A DNA stretch of 64,000 bases from Monocercomonoides exilis PA203 (taxonomy: Eukaryota; Protista; Preaxostyla). This document shows, one piece after another, positions 13,801 to 23,571 of the stretch (positions are counted from its first letter, which is position 1; every line of letters starts with the position of its first letter). The translations under genes and the position numbers were made by a program. The notes under the pieces were generated by a model. It searched no databases. It was given only the letters and a program-made list of their open reading frames with translations, and had not been told where the DNA came from. Location: NCBI GenBank assembly GCA_001643675.2, contig LSRY02000021.1:434001-498000 (forward strand), given 5' to 3'.

Positions 13801-16800
13801 CCATCTATGCTTGAGCATCAGGATGCAATATTCCAGTTGAAAGGAGAAACACTGAACTTGAGTGAATGTGTATTCGCATTTGGAGTTGGAATTGAAGTGA
13901 GTTATGTTGGATATAACTTGATTGTTGTGGAAAAGGGAGAAGCGAATGTGACTTCACTGAGATTGGATTCAGTGAGATTTGGGAAGCCTGGGATAAGAGC
14001 GAATGGGGGATTATCATCTGTCTCGTTGAAGAATGTGGAGCTGAATGATATGACCTTAGAAGGAGAAATGGGATTTGTTGTTTGTGAGGGAGGAAGCACA
14101 CTCACAGCAGAAAGTGTGATTGCCAGTGGGTGCGAAATAGGAGGAAGAAGCTTGATTTTGGCAGGGAGCAACTGTATTGCAAGGATGAGAGGATGCAAGT
14201 GGAGTTCGTGTAATTTTGTTGATTCAGGGGTAATAAAAGGGAGTGGAGCAAAGGAGATATCCATTTTGGGGTGCAATGGGAGCAATATCCGAGTCAGTGA
14301 AGGAGATGGAGGGATGATGAATGGAGTAGTTGGTGAAGGAGGGATGGTGGATGTGCAGAACACAAGCGTTGAGGGATGTGTGGCGGGGAGAGGGAATGGA
14401 GGAGGAATGTGTGTTGCAGCTGAAGAAAACGCATTTCTTAATGTAAATGGTGGGTTAATGAAGGAGTGCAATGCAGAGGAAGAAAATGTTGGGAAAGGAG
14501 GATGGCTGTATGTGAATTGCAGCGAAAGGAAGGAAAGAACACCATTTCAGTTAGAGGGAGTGAAGTTTGCAGGGAACGAGGCATTTGTAGGGAAGAACAT
14601 GTTCATTTTGGATTCGGATCTGAATGTGACAGTGAGGAGTGAGACGTTTGCGATTGATGTTGAAGGGATGGAAGACGATCCGAATGCATTTGTTGGAAGT
14701 GATGAGAAGCGGATAAACACAGATCTGTTGCGATTTGTGATTGAATACAAAAGTGAGAGGATTGTGGTGTGGGAAAAGGGAGATGATGTTGTTCGATGTG
14801 GGAGTGAAGAGGATCCGTGTGAGACATTGGAAATGGGGATGAGGCACATGGAGAGAGAAGGAGAGAGAAAAGTGGTGGGAGTGAAGGAAAAGATAAGAGT
14901 GGAAGGGGAATATGATTTGAGTGGGATTGAAGTGGAATCAGTGGGAGCAGGATTTGAAGAGATGGAATATGGAACAGTTGTGCTGGGGAGTGAAGGAGAA
15001 AGTGGAGCAAAAGTGTGCCTTCGCAACAGTGGAGCATTCACTCTGAGAGCACTGGAGATGGATGTGATGAATGTTTTAGGAAGTGAAGAATCAGGGATGA
15101 TTGTGAGTGAGGGAGAGAAAGTTGAATGGGAAGACTGTTCGATCACATGGAAGGGAAAGAGAGAAGGGATGGGGGATGTTGCATTTTGTGTTGTGAAGAA
15201 AGGGGGGTTGGAGGTGAAGAGATTCAAAGTGCTTTCGTATTTTGGGAAGAGAAGTGCATTTGTGGTTGGTGGAGAAGTTGTGAGTGTGAATGATGAATTC
15301 ACAGTGATTGAAGCCACATTGGAGAAGGGGAGTTTGTTTGAAATTGAAGGAGAGGGAGCAAATGGAGGAGGTGAGATGAGGATGAAGAATTGCAGTATTG
15401 GATCAGTTGAAGGAGAAGGAGCTGATCCGAGTATTGTTTCAAGCAAGAGTGGGAACGGAGTGAAGCTTGTGGTGGAAGATTCGCTGATTGAACTGTGCAG
15501 TTGTGGGAGAAGCACAAAGGGAGGAGCAATGCTGTTTGAGTTGAATGAAGGAGGATTGTTTGATGTTGTGAACACGAGTGTGAAGCAGTGTGGATGCTCT
15601 GTGAGAGAAGGGAAAGGAGGTGGAGTGTATCTGAAGACTGAATTGAGGGGAGAGCTGGATTATGTGTTTGATGGGGTGATATTCCGAAAGAACACAGCAT
15701 TCATTGGGAATGATGTGTTCATTGTGTGCGACTGCATCAAGAGGCAGATCAATGAAGCACAGTTCAACATCGACTTCCTTGATGGAGAGTTCATCAGGCA
15801 GAATGCGATCTTTGGGATGGATGCAGGGGAGCACAAAGAGGAGGCGATGGACTTGATGAGTCTGATTGTGAAATATCAGTCAGACACGATTGTGGTTTCG
15901 AACAAAGAAGGGAAAGGGGGAAGCAATGAACAGCAGTGTGGAAAGCATTCAATTCCTTGTGCAACGATTGGATTTGGGCTGAGGCATCTGACACACGATT
16001 TCTTCAGCCAGATGTTTGTTGATGAGGAGTCTGTGATTGATGAGGAAATTGGATTGGACACACTCACGCTGAGTGGGATGCATGAAGTGCAGAGTCGAGT
16101 TGTTGTGAAAGGGAAAATGAACTGCAGCAAAGAGATGATTGCGGAGACAAATGGACAGGTGTATGTGCGATGGATACAGTTTGCCTTTGAAGAAGTGGAA
16201 TCAACACAAACTCCACTTCCAACGAAGCATTCATCATTTATGAAGATAATTTCAGGAAAGACATCAATCAGCATGTGTTCATTTGAGGGAGTAAGCTCAG
16301 CTGGGGAGGAAATGGTGGAAGTGCCATTCATTCTGATATTTGTGGAAAGAGGGAAATGCTCAATGGGGAATGTGAGTGTTATGTGGCTTTCATTTTTGAG
16401 TGAAGCAGCCATGATTATGGAAGAGGATACTGAAGTGAGTGGATTGACGCTCAGAAATATTGAGAGGAGAAAAAACTGCTTGAAAATCAGAGGAGCTGGG
16501 AATGCGAGAATGGAAAAAGGATGGAAGGAGAGAGCGAATGAGGATGGAGCAGAAATGAACAACATAGAAGAAAGTGAGTTTTCATTTTCGATTTTATCGT
16601 CTTCATTTGAAAACGTCACATGTGTTGATGGGAGTGCAGGAGTGGTTGATGCCGAGGGGAGAGACATAAATGTGGAGTTTTCGAACTGTTCATTTTGTGG
16701 ATGTTCTTCGAGCAAAAAGAAAGGGAAGTTGATGTATCTTTTGAGGTGCAAAAATATTCAGATGAAGCAGTGCTTGTTTGATGGGAAAGAAAGTGAAAAT

Positions 16801-18822
16801 CCGTCGAATGAAGAAGTGAATGCGTGTAAATGGAATGGGTCACTTGTTGAGGTGAAAGAGAGCTCAGAGGAGATAAAGGATACGAGTTTTGTGAACTGCT
16901 CTGATGGAGGACTTTCTATTTGTGGAGGAAGTGTGAAAATTGATGATTGCAAGTTTGAGAACAACAGCCCATCCATTGAAAAATATCCATCAATCAGAAG
17001 AAACGTTATCTGTTCTGATTCTGGAACATTGAATGTGATGAGTTTAAAAGGAGGAGATGGATTGGAGAGAAATACATCTCTTTGGATGTTGAATGAAGGG
17101 TGCAGTTTTGAAGGGATTGTTTCAGAAAGGGATTCATCATTCTTTATTCCTATTCTGGAGGGTGTAGAGGCAAAAGAAGAGACAGACAGAATGAAATTGA
17201 TATTCAAAGGATTGCTTTTTGTTCCATGCAACTTGTCATTCTCAGTTGTGAAGAGTTTTGGAGAAGAGAAAGAAATTGAAAAACATGATTTTGATACGGA
17301 TGGATTCTTATCAGAAAGAGAAGCAGAAGGAAGTGTGGCAAAAGATATTATAAGCAATTGTGGAAATGAAATTGAAGTGAAAGTGTGTATTCTGTTTGGA
17401 GATGCCAAAGATCCATCTTCCACTGATTCTTTCATTCTGAAGAATCGAAGTGATCCTAAAGTTAATGGAGACGAAAGGATTGCCGAGGGAGGAAAAGAAG
17501 TGAAAATATCATGGGCAGTGATATTTGCAGTGATATTTGCTGTTTTATTTTTGATTGTTCTAATCATTGCTGTTGCATTTATTGTTCGATGGAAGAAGTC
17601 GAAGAGAAGGACAGAGGAATTGCAAGAGATTGTGAACGATAACATCAGAAAAGATCCGAAGGCGTTTGAAATGATAACGATGGAGATGTCTCCGGAGGAG
17701 CAGTGGAGGAGAGCAGAGAGAGAGGCAGAGAAGAAGAACGAAGAGAGGATGAAGAAAAGGGTATTCGAGAAAAGTTTGGGACACTCGGAGTCATCAGAGC
17801 ATTTATTGAGTGAAAGTGACTCGACTGAATATATCCTGGGGAAAAATTCAGACAAGATTCCAGATTGGGCATTGGAAAAGGAGGAGGAAGAAGAGATTCA
17901 AAAGAGATCACCATCACCATCAATATCTTCGACATGTTCAACTGATTCAGATTCAACATTTGTTCGAAGAGAAGATCTGTGTCCAACCACTTCCTCGATG
18001 TCAAATCTTGTGGATGCAATGGCATGTTCATCACCACAAGAAAAATTGATTGTTGATTTGAGGGATTCATTGTTCATGCTGCTTCACGGGAAGAACGAGA
18101 AGAAAGAGATGGCAATAGGCACTCTTCAGGAGAGGGAGCAGACAGCTGCCCAGATCCTGTTCTGGGTGGCTAATCTTGCGCTTCATTCATTTGATGAAAT
18201 GGACAACCCACTTCAATCTCTTGCCAATCTAAGTCCGCACATTGTTCTCTTCTCAGAGCATATGGTGATTTGCATTGTGATGCACTCAGACTTCTTGTCT
18301 GATGATGACTCAGATTCATCCTCTATCTCTTCGTCAACTGTTGTGACTTCTGCAAGTGATGATGATGGCAGTGATTCTCTCCCTTCTTCTGCCTTTGAGG
18401 ATGAAGATTATTACAAAAAGGAGTGTTTGAGATGGAAGGCACCAGAGCTGTTAATCAACAAGAAGATGGGAGCGACAAAGGAATCAGTTGCATTCTCGAT
18501 TGGCATGATGCTGTGGGAGTGTCTGACGCTACAGATTCCGTTTGGGGAGTATGAGGCTGAAACAGCTGGACAGAAGATTATCAATGGAGAGAGACCAAAT
18601 TTATTTTCCATTGAAACAATATATTTGCAGTTAATAAAGAGGAGCCTAGCAACCCAAGCAAATACACGCCCAACTCTAATTGAAATAAAACGAATTTTCA
18701 TAAGTCATGCTCCAGCTGGCGCAGTTCAGTTAACGATGTCAGATGCAATTGATTTGCAGTACTATGTTGATGACAAAGGATGCAGCTTTGAGAGGAGCAG
18801 TTCTCTCACTGTTCGTGAATAG
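10879..18822 (+). CDS. Large type-I membrane protein: beta-helix/Pmp-like (GGA/GGG) ectodomain, single TM helix, C-terminal degenerate TKL/tyrosine-kinase-like domain
   Basis: Hydrophobic N-terminus. Repeated GGAM/GGGM/GGGV..F..N motifs and four CG-x4/5-(P/E)C-x-T modules. TM segment WAVIFAVIFAVLFLIVLIIAVAFIV. Kinase C-lobe motifs LRWKAPE, FSIGMMLWECLTLQIPF, GERP. First in-frame ATG at 10879. Confidence 0.8.
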   Translation: MKSELHSRRIINLAFIIFACVSAICETEEASAKEICELDANVMFRLPRSRNDFCAPENNQCCKILSIFVAVNCSVTTTSVLQIQQEGKACFLVCEGSRLDIKGCMIFISSQMSPFVVDGGSIHSVNLTVGTLKPFAPIPRLFCSSFKNSERDGTDSITLRDSSFSSFELDSAPFFALNASCFVKVSGLMMGNISIASDAQREMDLRARTETTIEGCSFFSVWDVIDGGIARSVNSPCTSLKATNSSFECCFRTTNVNETGRRNMTRQVLGADETNVFTDCEWCNTSASYGCAIYLYGSSTLECIRCSFMNMSHGGDGAVDVQSGAGVIMSGCNFTNCISNANTGGMIIYRIIGDYFFSECFFFECKSVSQFAGGLRICHNVGNMHATIEKCKLIRNEAAFFGGGLYIELQESPYFISECEFEGNLANGTGTESFEGGGGGMFMYSTSWMQTDSTPERISFCFFSRNKAKIEEGNDVKIKNEYLKGSLFKSSFSTTSSRRVFYKNSQTDYDGWLPTIRTAYARADGITWTVCGTTQTNPCNTIEQAFNMIEKGAEGTVNILRSSYSSKALFIEGGDISFKGESESDCIISTKLLNSHECLFTLDSGSMGLSLVAIRHDSAESSSSLFTMRTAAQKLTLKNVIISREDDGQVHSFDSSPFKVIFEKLMMENCLIEDICLGDCSLFEEEEESGVVRGMLENVTIQRISRMRGDGAIFSSQSERSNFCELENTIFRNCVCKEGNGGSVAWRVDDSGIFKIGRGEVTTVIGECVAEKGSGDEKGRGGGMYLELSSPSIEFEIVNVGFENNHAEHGVNVFIASNQLELIPKGRYGFVSLLSEDVQDVEGAGDTSNETLVIPIVCYLLEVPRSEIYVSASGADHPRCGHTFFECRTLSYPIEREENIQADGTTTATIKVGNGVEVSSTVVFSKMARMIEGTEDDGSLVVEGDASCNGDEEGCVGVFVVLKETRMRKIGLVTPSMLEHQDAIFQLKGETLNLSECVFAFGVGIEVSYVGYNLIVVEKGEANVTSLRLDSVRFGKPGIRANGGLSSVSLKNVELNDMTLEGEMGFVVCEGGSTLTAESVIASGCEIGGRSLILAGSNCIARMRGCKWSSCNFVDSGVIKGSGAKEISILGCNGSNIRVSEGDGGMMNGVVGEGGMVDVQNTSVEGCVAGRGNGGGMCVAAEENAFLNVNGGLMKECNAEEENVGKGGWLYVNCSERKERTPFQLEGVKFAGNEAFVGKNMFILDSDLNVTVRSETFAIDVEGMEDDPNAFVGSDEKRINTDLLRFVIEYKSERIVVWEKGDDVVRCGSEEDPCETLEMGMRHMEREGERKVVGVKEKIRVEGEYDLSGIEVESVGAGFEEMEYGTVVLGSEGESGAKVCLRNSGAFTLRALEMDVMNVLGSEESGMIVSEGEKVEWEDCSITWKGKREGMGDVAFCVVKKGGLEVKRFKVLSYFGKRSAFVVGGEVVSVNDEFTVIEATLEKGSLFEIEGEGANGGGEMRMKNCSIGSVEGEGADPSIVSSKSGNGVKLVVEDSLIELCSCGRSTKGGAMLFELNEGGLFDVVNTSVKQCGCSVREGKGGGVYLKTELRGELDYVFDGVIFRKNTAFIGNDVFIVCDCIKRQINEAQFNIDFLDGEFIRQNAIFGMDAGEHKEEAMDLMSLIVKYQSDTIVVSNKEGKGGSNEQQCGKHSIPCATIGFGLRHLTHDFFSQMFVDEESVIDEEIGLDTLTLSGMHEVQSRVVVKGKMNCSKEMIAETNGQVYVRWIQFAFEEVESTQTPLPTKHSSFMKIISGKTSISMCSFEGVSSAGEEMVEVPFILIFVERGKCSMGNVSVMWLSFLSEAAMIMEEDTEVSGLTLRNIERRKNCLKIRGAGNARMEKGWKERANEDGAEMNNIEESEFSFSILSSSFENVTCVDGSAGVVDAEGRDINVEFSNCSFCGCSSSKKKGKLMYLLRCKNIQMKQCLFDGKESENPSNEEVNACKWNGSLVEVKESSEEIKDTSFVNCSDGGLSICGGSVKIDDCKFENNSPSIEKYPSIRRNVICSDSGTLNVMSLKGGDGLERNTSLWMLNEGCSFEGIVSERDSSFFIPILEGVEAKEETDRMKLIFKGLLFVPCNLSFSVVKSFGEEKEIEKHDFDTDGFLSEREAEGSVAKDIISNCGNEIEVKVCILFGDAKDPSSTDSFILKNRSDPKVNGDERIAEGGKEVKISWAVIFAVIFAVLFLIVLIIAVAFIVRWKKSKRRTEELQEIVNDNIRKDPKAFEMITMEMSPEEQWRRAEREAEKKNEERMKKRVFEKSLGHSESSEHLLSESDSTEYILGKNSDKIPDWALEKEEEEEIQKRSPSPSISSTCSTDSDSTFVRREDLCPTTSSMSNLVDAMACSSPQEKLIVDLRDSLFMLLHGKNEKKEMAIGTLQEREQTAAQILFWVANLALHSFDEMDNPLQSLANLSPHIVLFSEHMVICIVMHSDFLSDDDSDSSSISSSTVVTSASDDDGSDSLPSSAFEDEDYYKKECLRWKAPELLINKKMGATKESVAFSIGMMLWECLTLQIPFGEYEAETAGQKIINGERPNLFSIETIYLQLIKRSLATQANTRPTLIEIKRIFISHAPAGAVQLTMSDAIDLQYYVDDKGCSFERSSSLTVRE

Positions 18823-19290
18823 AATAATATCACAATGCAAAAAACAAATTGTGAAAAAATGTCAACCGATAATATTAAAGTTGCGAATAAGGCTTCAAAT
18901 GCTTAAAAAGAATAATCAATGAAGAAGCCTAAATTATAATTGCATTTATATCAAATTGAAAATTTATGATGCATTATCTTTCCATTCAAAATAATTTAGT
19001 TTTGGGAAGCGTTCAAATATTATTCGTTTTCTCGATTCTGAGAACAAATTTGGGCTTGAGTTGTCGAAGCAAAGCATTTGAGTTCAATCAGTTTTTCATT
19101 TTGAACTTTCTCTGGAATTCAGAGAAACAGATGAGGAATCCTTTTATATTAATGTTTTTGTAATTTATAAATATATATATATAGGGAAAAAATCTGAGCA
19201 AGGATGTGTTGAAAAAAAAAACTTTTTCTTCCTTCATATACCAATGTTTATTAAACAACAAATAATGGTTGTGTTTAACATAAAAAGAGA

Positions 19291-19292
<2 letters not shown>

Positions 19293-19337
<45 letters not shown>
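19293..19337. repeat. Poly(T)45 tract between convergent genes
   Basis: Directly visible. Confidence 0.95.
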
Positions 19338-19338
<1 letters not shown>

Positions 19339-19593
19339 GATTTACTATCCGTTGTGATAATAAAAATAAATACAGGTAATTTTCTCTGAATAAAAATGGT
19401 AACAAAACAATACGCGAATGTTTGTAATGAAGAAGAAGAATTCGCAGCACAGAAAATCCAGATTATATTCACCGAATCGCGAAAATCATTAACACAAAAA
19501 TGTATCAATTCCACTTAATGACAGCATATATTACAATAAAGCGAAACAAATCTCTGTCACCAGCCGCATTCCGCATTCTTTTCAAGCGCCTTT

Positions 19594-21556
19594 TTATGGA
19601 TAGGCAGCAAACAGCGTGTCAAACAGAGATTCCAACCGCTTCAGCGTCTCTTCCACGTTCTCAGTCTTCGTTCCCACATTCATCCTGACCCATCCATCTC
19701 CGTCAATCCCAAACTGGCTGCCTTCGTTGAACAGCACTCCCGTCTTTTGGAAGATGAAGTCCTTCAGCGCACCAGCTGTGCGCCTGTTGAACTCTGCAGC
19801 CGGTGCAGCTGGATCCACAAGAACTGCACCCGTCACAGGATGTGTGTTTCGCGGAAGAGGAAACAGCGCCTTGTCGTTCGACAAACGCAGCTCGTCAGTC
19901 GCCCCGCCAGCCTTTGCCATGGCTTTCTCGTGGAAGTAGTTGATCGCCTTGTTCATGTTGATAAACAGAAGGAACGTTGCCTGGAATCGGAAACAGCATC
20001 CAGCCAATAAAAATGAATGGAAGACAGACAGACAGACAGACAGAAAAGAAGATAACCAATAAATCGCAAAAAATAAACAAAATACGAACAAAAAAAAGGA
20101 TGTGTAGAAGCTTCACACTTCTTGATCGACAACGTCCACCAGCCCTTTGAACTTGTCCTTCGAGAACATCTCATAAACCATTGTGCAATGCTTCCTGAAC
20201 AGCGCATCACAATCACGCACCCACTGATAGCAGTGCGTGTAAGCAGCAATTGCAGCAGGAAATGCTGAGACATTCGTTTTTGATTGTTCAGTTGAAGCAC
20301 AAATAACATTGATAAAATTAATTATTCCCACAAGCAAATTGAGCATAAATCAAATGGAAGAAGTATTCAAAAGAAAGAAGAAAAGGAAAAGAAAGAAAGA
20401 AAAATAATTAATAATTTCACCGTCTTCATCAAAATGAGCAAAAGACATACCAAACACATTCTCAGCAAATGCTGCATTTCTGCTCAGAAACACGTTGAAG
20501 CCTTCTCTCAGCCGAGGATTCGACGCAATGCAGAAAGAAAACTGGAACGATGGAATGTTGAAGGTCTTCGATGGAGCAGAAAATGTCACTGAAGCGCAGC
20601 AAAACACCGCAGATGAGCAATTCAAGCAAATAAATAGATAAAGCAGAGATAACAATATGAAAAATACGAATAAAAAAATGCTTCTATTGATGCATACAGG
20701 TATTTCTCGACAGCTCAGGCGAAATAGAAGCGATGGGAACGTGCATTGGAGTGGAGCCTTCTCGTGGCAGTGCAAAGTCCCAATGGATCTCATCCGAAAC
20801 AATGAGAACTTCATGCTTCAGACACAATTCCCCAAGCCTCGTCAGTTCTTCTCTCGTCCACATTCTCCCAGTCGGGTTGTGTGGGTTGCACAGAATGAAC
20901 ATCTTCACCCTGGGAAGCGATATTTTGCGCTCGAAGTCATCCCAGTTGATGTTCCACTTTCGTGTTTTGTCGTCAAATATCAGCGAGCTGCGCACAGCTT
21001 CCCGCCCGTTGTCCTCTGGGAGATTGGTCAGGGGGAAGTAGATAGGAGATAGAACCACAATCCGGTCTCCTGGCTGCGTGAAGGCTTGGATGCTCGCTGC
21101 AACCGAGCCGCACACGCCTGGTGAATGGCTTATCCACTCCGTGCTGATGTCCCAGTTGAAACACTTTGCTGCCCATTGTCTTATGCACTCGTTCACTTCC
21201 TTCGGTGCCACCGGGTATCCTGGTGTTGATTCCCAAAGAAAACAAAAACAAAGGCAAAAATGAAAAATTTACAGAATAAACCATTTCACACCATATGCAT
21301 GGTGAGCTGCCCGCTTTGTGATGGCATCAACAACAGGCTTAGGCGAAGCTATTTCCATGTCCGCCACCTGGTTCACACCACCACAATGTCAATAGTTCGG
21401 TTGAAAAAACACAAAAAGAAACAAATGACGAAAAATTAGCAACAACAAAGAGCACACCCACATCATCATGGGAGAAGGATGGGAGTGCGGTATGTCCCAC
21501 TTCACGCAATCTGTTCCACTTCTGTCGACAAATTCGAGGGGGATTTCCTGTGACAT
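19594..21556 (-). CDS. MalY/PatB-family PLP-dependent C-S lyase (cystathionine beta-lyase-like); introns 21368-21457, 21220-21291, 20589-20697, 20265-20450, 19981-20118
   Basis: The spliced product carries the family motifs DRSGTDCVKWD, MWVADME, YGY, LCNPHNPTGR, VSDEIH, APSKTFN (PLP lysine) and G..FG..G.GWVRMN. All five introns are GT-AG with consistent phases. Confidence 0.9.
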
Positions 21557-21601
21557 TTCCAGAATGTTTGATCGTTTTGTCCATTTTTGTTTTTGTGTTT
21601 G
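21557..21601. promoter_or_regulatory. 45-bp divergent intergenic region (putative bidirectional promoter) between MalY and SBP2
   Basis: Inferred from start codons at 21556 (-) and 21602 (+). Confidence 0.5.
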
Positions 21602-23571
21602 ATGCAGAACAAACACAAAAGCGTCAAGCGCCCGACTTCCAAGGTGGCTGTTGCTAGTGTGTGTGTGTGGAATAGTGTATATATATTTTATGTTCACGCT
21701 GTCTTTTTGAATATTTTCAGAAAACCTTGGCTCGGCCCTCAAACAGAAAAATTCATTCTGGAAGGCAGACAAAATTGAAACGACTCATTCTTGCATGGCG
21801 CGAGAGGGGAGTTGGAGGAAAATTGAAAAAAATAAAGAAAAGCTCGAATCACGAATCAATTCTGAGAAAATCGTCGAATAATTCATTGAATTTGAAAACA
21901 ACATTTTCACCTGAATCCAGGATAAATTCTGTCCTGTCGATGCTTTATCCGAAGCATTCAAAGAAAAAACTTCAAGATGTTGTTGGAAAGCTATCGCCGA
22001 AAAGTTTTCTTCGGCAGTTGATTCCTGCTCAAACGTTTTCTGAGACATCGATTTTTTCTGTATCATCAGGTTCTTTTTCGTCTTCTGATTCATCGCGTAA
22101 CGCATCTTCTGAGGACTTGCCGTTTTTCTATCCATATTCGATGATGGACCGCAGTCTCCTCCCACCTCCATCGAAGGCGATTGACACAAAAATTTCGTCC
22201 ATTCTCATGCAGCTTTCGGAGCTGCAGAGGCAATCCTATTTGGCAGCATTGCAAAAAGCAAAGGCAGGGCAAAGGGGGAAGAACGCAAAGGAGAGGACTA
22301 CACGCAAACGAGAGATTGCGGGGGTTTCACATTCAAGAACATCAGTTTTTCTGAGCAGCACAGAAAAACAGTTGGTGAAGAAGTATTATCGGAAGAGGCT
22401 TTTCTGTGGAGTGAACGAAGTGAAAAAGACGCTTGTTGGGGGATATAAGAAAGTGAGTGTGGTTGTTGTTGCGCGGGATGTGGAAGAGGACGGGTATGCA
22501 GGCGGATTGAGCGACAGGATGGAGCGCATTTTGCAGATCTGCAGCATCAAAGGCATTCCAGTTGTGCATGCGCTGAGCAGGCGAAAGATCGGCGAAGCGA
22601 TTCTGCAAGGAACAGGAAGGGAAAAAGAGAAAGCCAAAAGCGTGTCCAACAAAAGAGATGGAACGGCAGCAGGAAATGAAAAAGAAGAGGAAGAGGAAAA
22701 GAAGCGAGTGGCGAGAAGAAGTCAGCTTCGGCACAAGCACATGATCGGAAGAGGGTTCAAGAGAATAAGTGTTGTGTGCATTGCGGATGCGGATAACATT
22801 CATTCAGAGGTGCAGGAATTGATCCATCAGGATTTCTTGAGGTGCCACACATTTTCAATGAACCGTCACGACACTTGGGAGAAAAATCAAAGAATTGTTA
22901 AAGAAAAAGAAAAAAAGCAAAAATATGAAGAGATTTTAAAGAGAAAGGCAGAAAAGAGGAAAAAAGACGAAGAAAACAGAATTAGAAATGAGGCAAGGCG
23001 AAAGATTGCAGCAGAAATTTATAAAAAGCGAATTGAAGAAAAAGAAAGAAAGAAGAAAGAAGAAGAACTCAGAAAAGAAAAGGAGGAAGAGGAAAAATGG
23101 AAAGATTTTCCTGCACTCGGAAGTGAAAGAAAAAGAAAGGATCAAGCTTTTATTTCCACACAGTCAGAGCCAATAATTGAGAAACATGATGTTGATGAGG
23201 CTTCTGCTTTCACAGAGAAAGAACAGCAACACAGCAAGCGTTACCAGAGCGAGGCAAGCAGACAGAGAAGGAAGCGTGTGGTTATGAGAAGGCGAGAACG
23301 AGAAAAGGAAGAAAGAATAAACAGGAGAAAAGAAAGAGAAATCAATCTGATAGAAGGAAAAAGCCAAGAGAACGAACAAAACGAAGTAAGGCAATTAAAT
23401 GAAGTTGAGGTTCAGCCAAAAGTCGGTGCTGCAACTTCAAATTCCTCTGTATCAAAAAAGAAGAGATCAAAACAGCCACTTGGAGAAGTGGAGAATCGAA
23501 GCTTGTTTCAATTCAAAGCACCACAAATAAATCCTCGGCAATTTTTTTACAAGCCTTTACACAAAAATTAG
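21602..23571 (+). CDS. SBP2: SECIS-binding protein 2 homologue; join(21602..21658,21721..23571)
   Basis: SID-like basic motif RQTKLKRLILAWRER. SBP2-type L7Ae domain KRLFCGVNEVKK..VVVARDVE..GGLSD..I..C..KGIPVVHALSRRKIG..ISVVCI. A 62-nt GTGTGT..CAG intron links an upstream ATG in frame. Confidence 0.8.

Noticed and set aside
11127-18701. Many long antisense ORFs (up to 365 aa) opposite the receptor gene
   Set aside because: They are shadows of a purine-skewed sense strand, giving S/P/F/L-rich translations with no motifs.
19088-19514. Poly-Lys ORFs here and at 28903-29167 and 33928-34134
   Set aside because: They are translations of homopolymer or microsatellite tracts.
21940-23571. SBP2 starting at the first in-ORF ATG (21940)
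   Set aside because: This start would drop the conserved SID-like TKLKRLIL motif; an upstream exon with good splice sites fits better.
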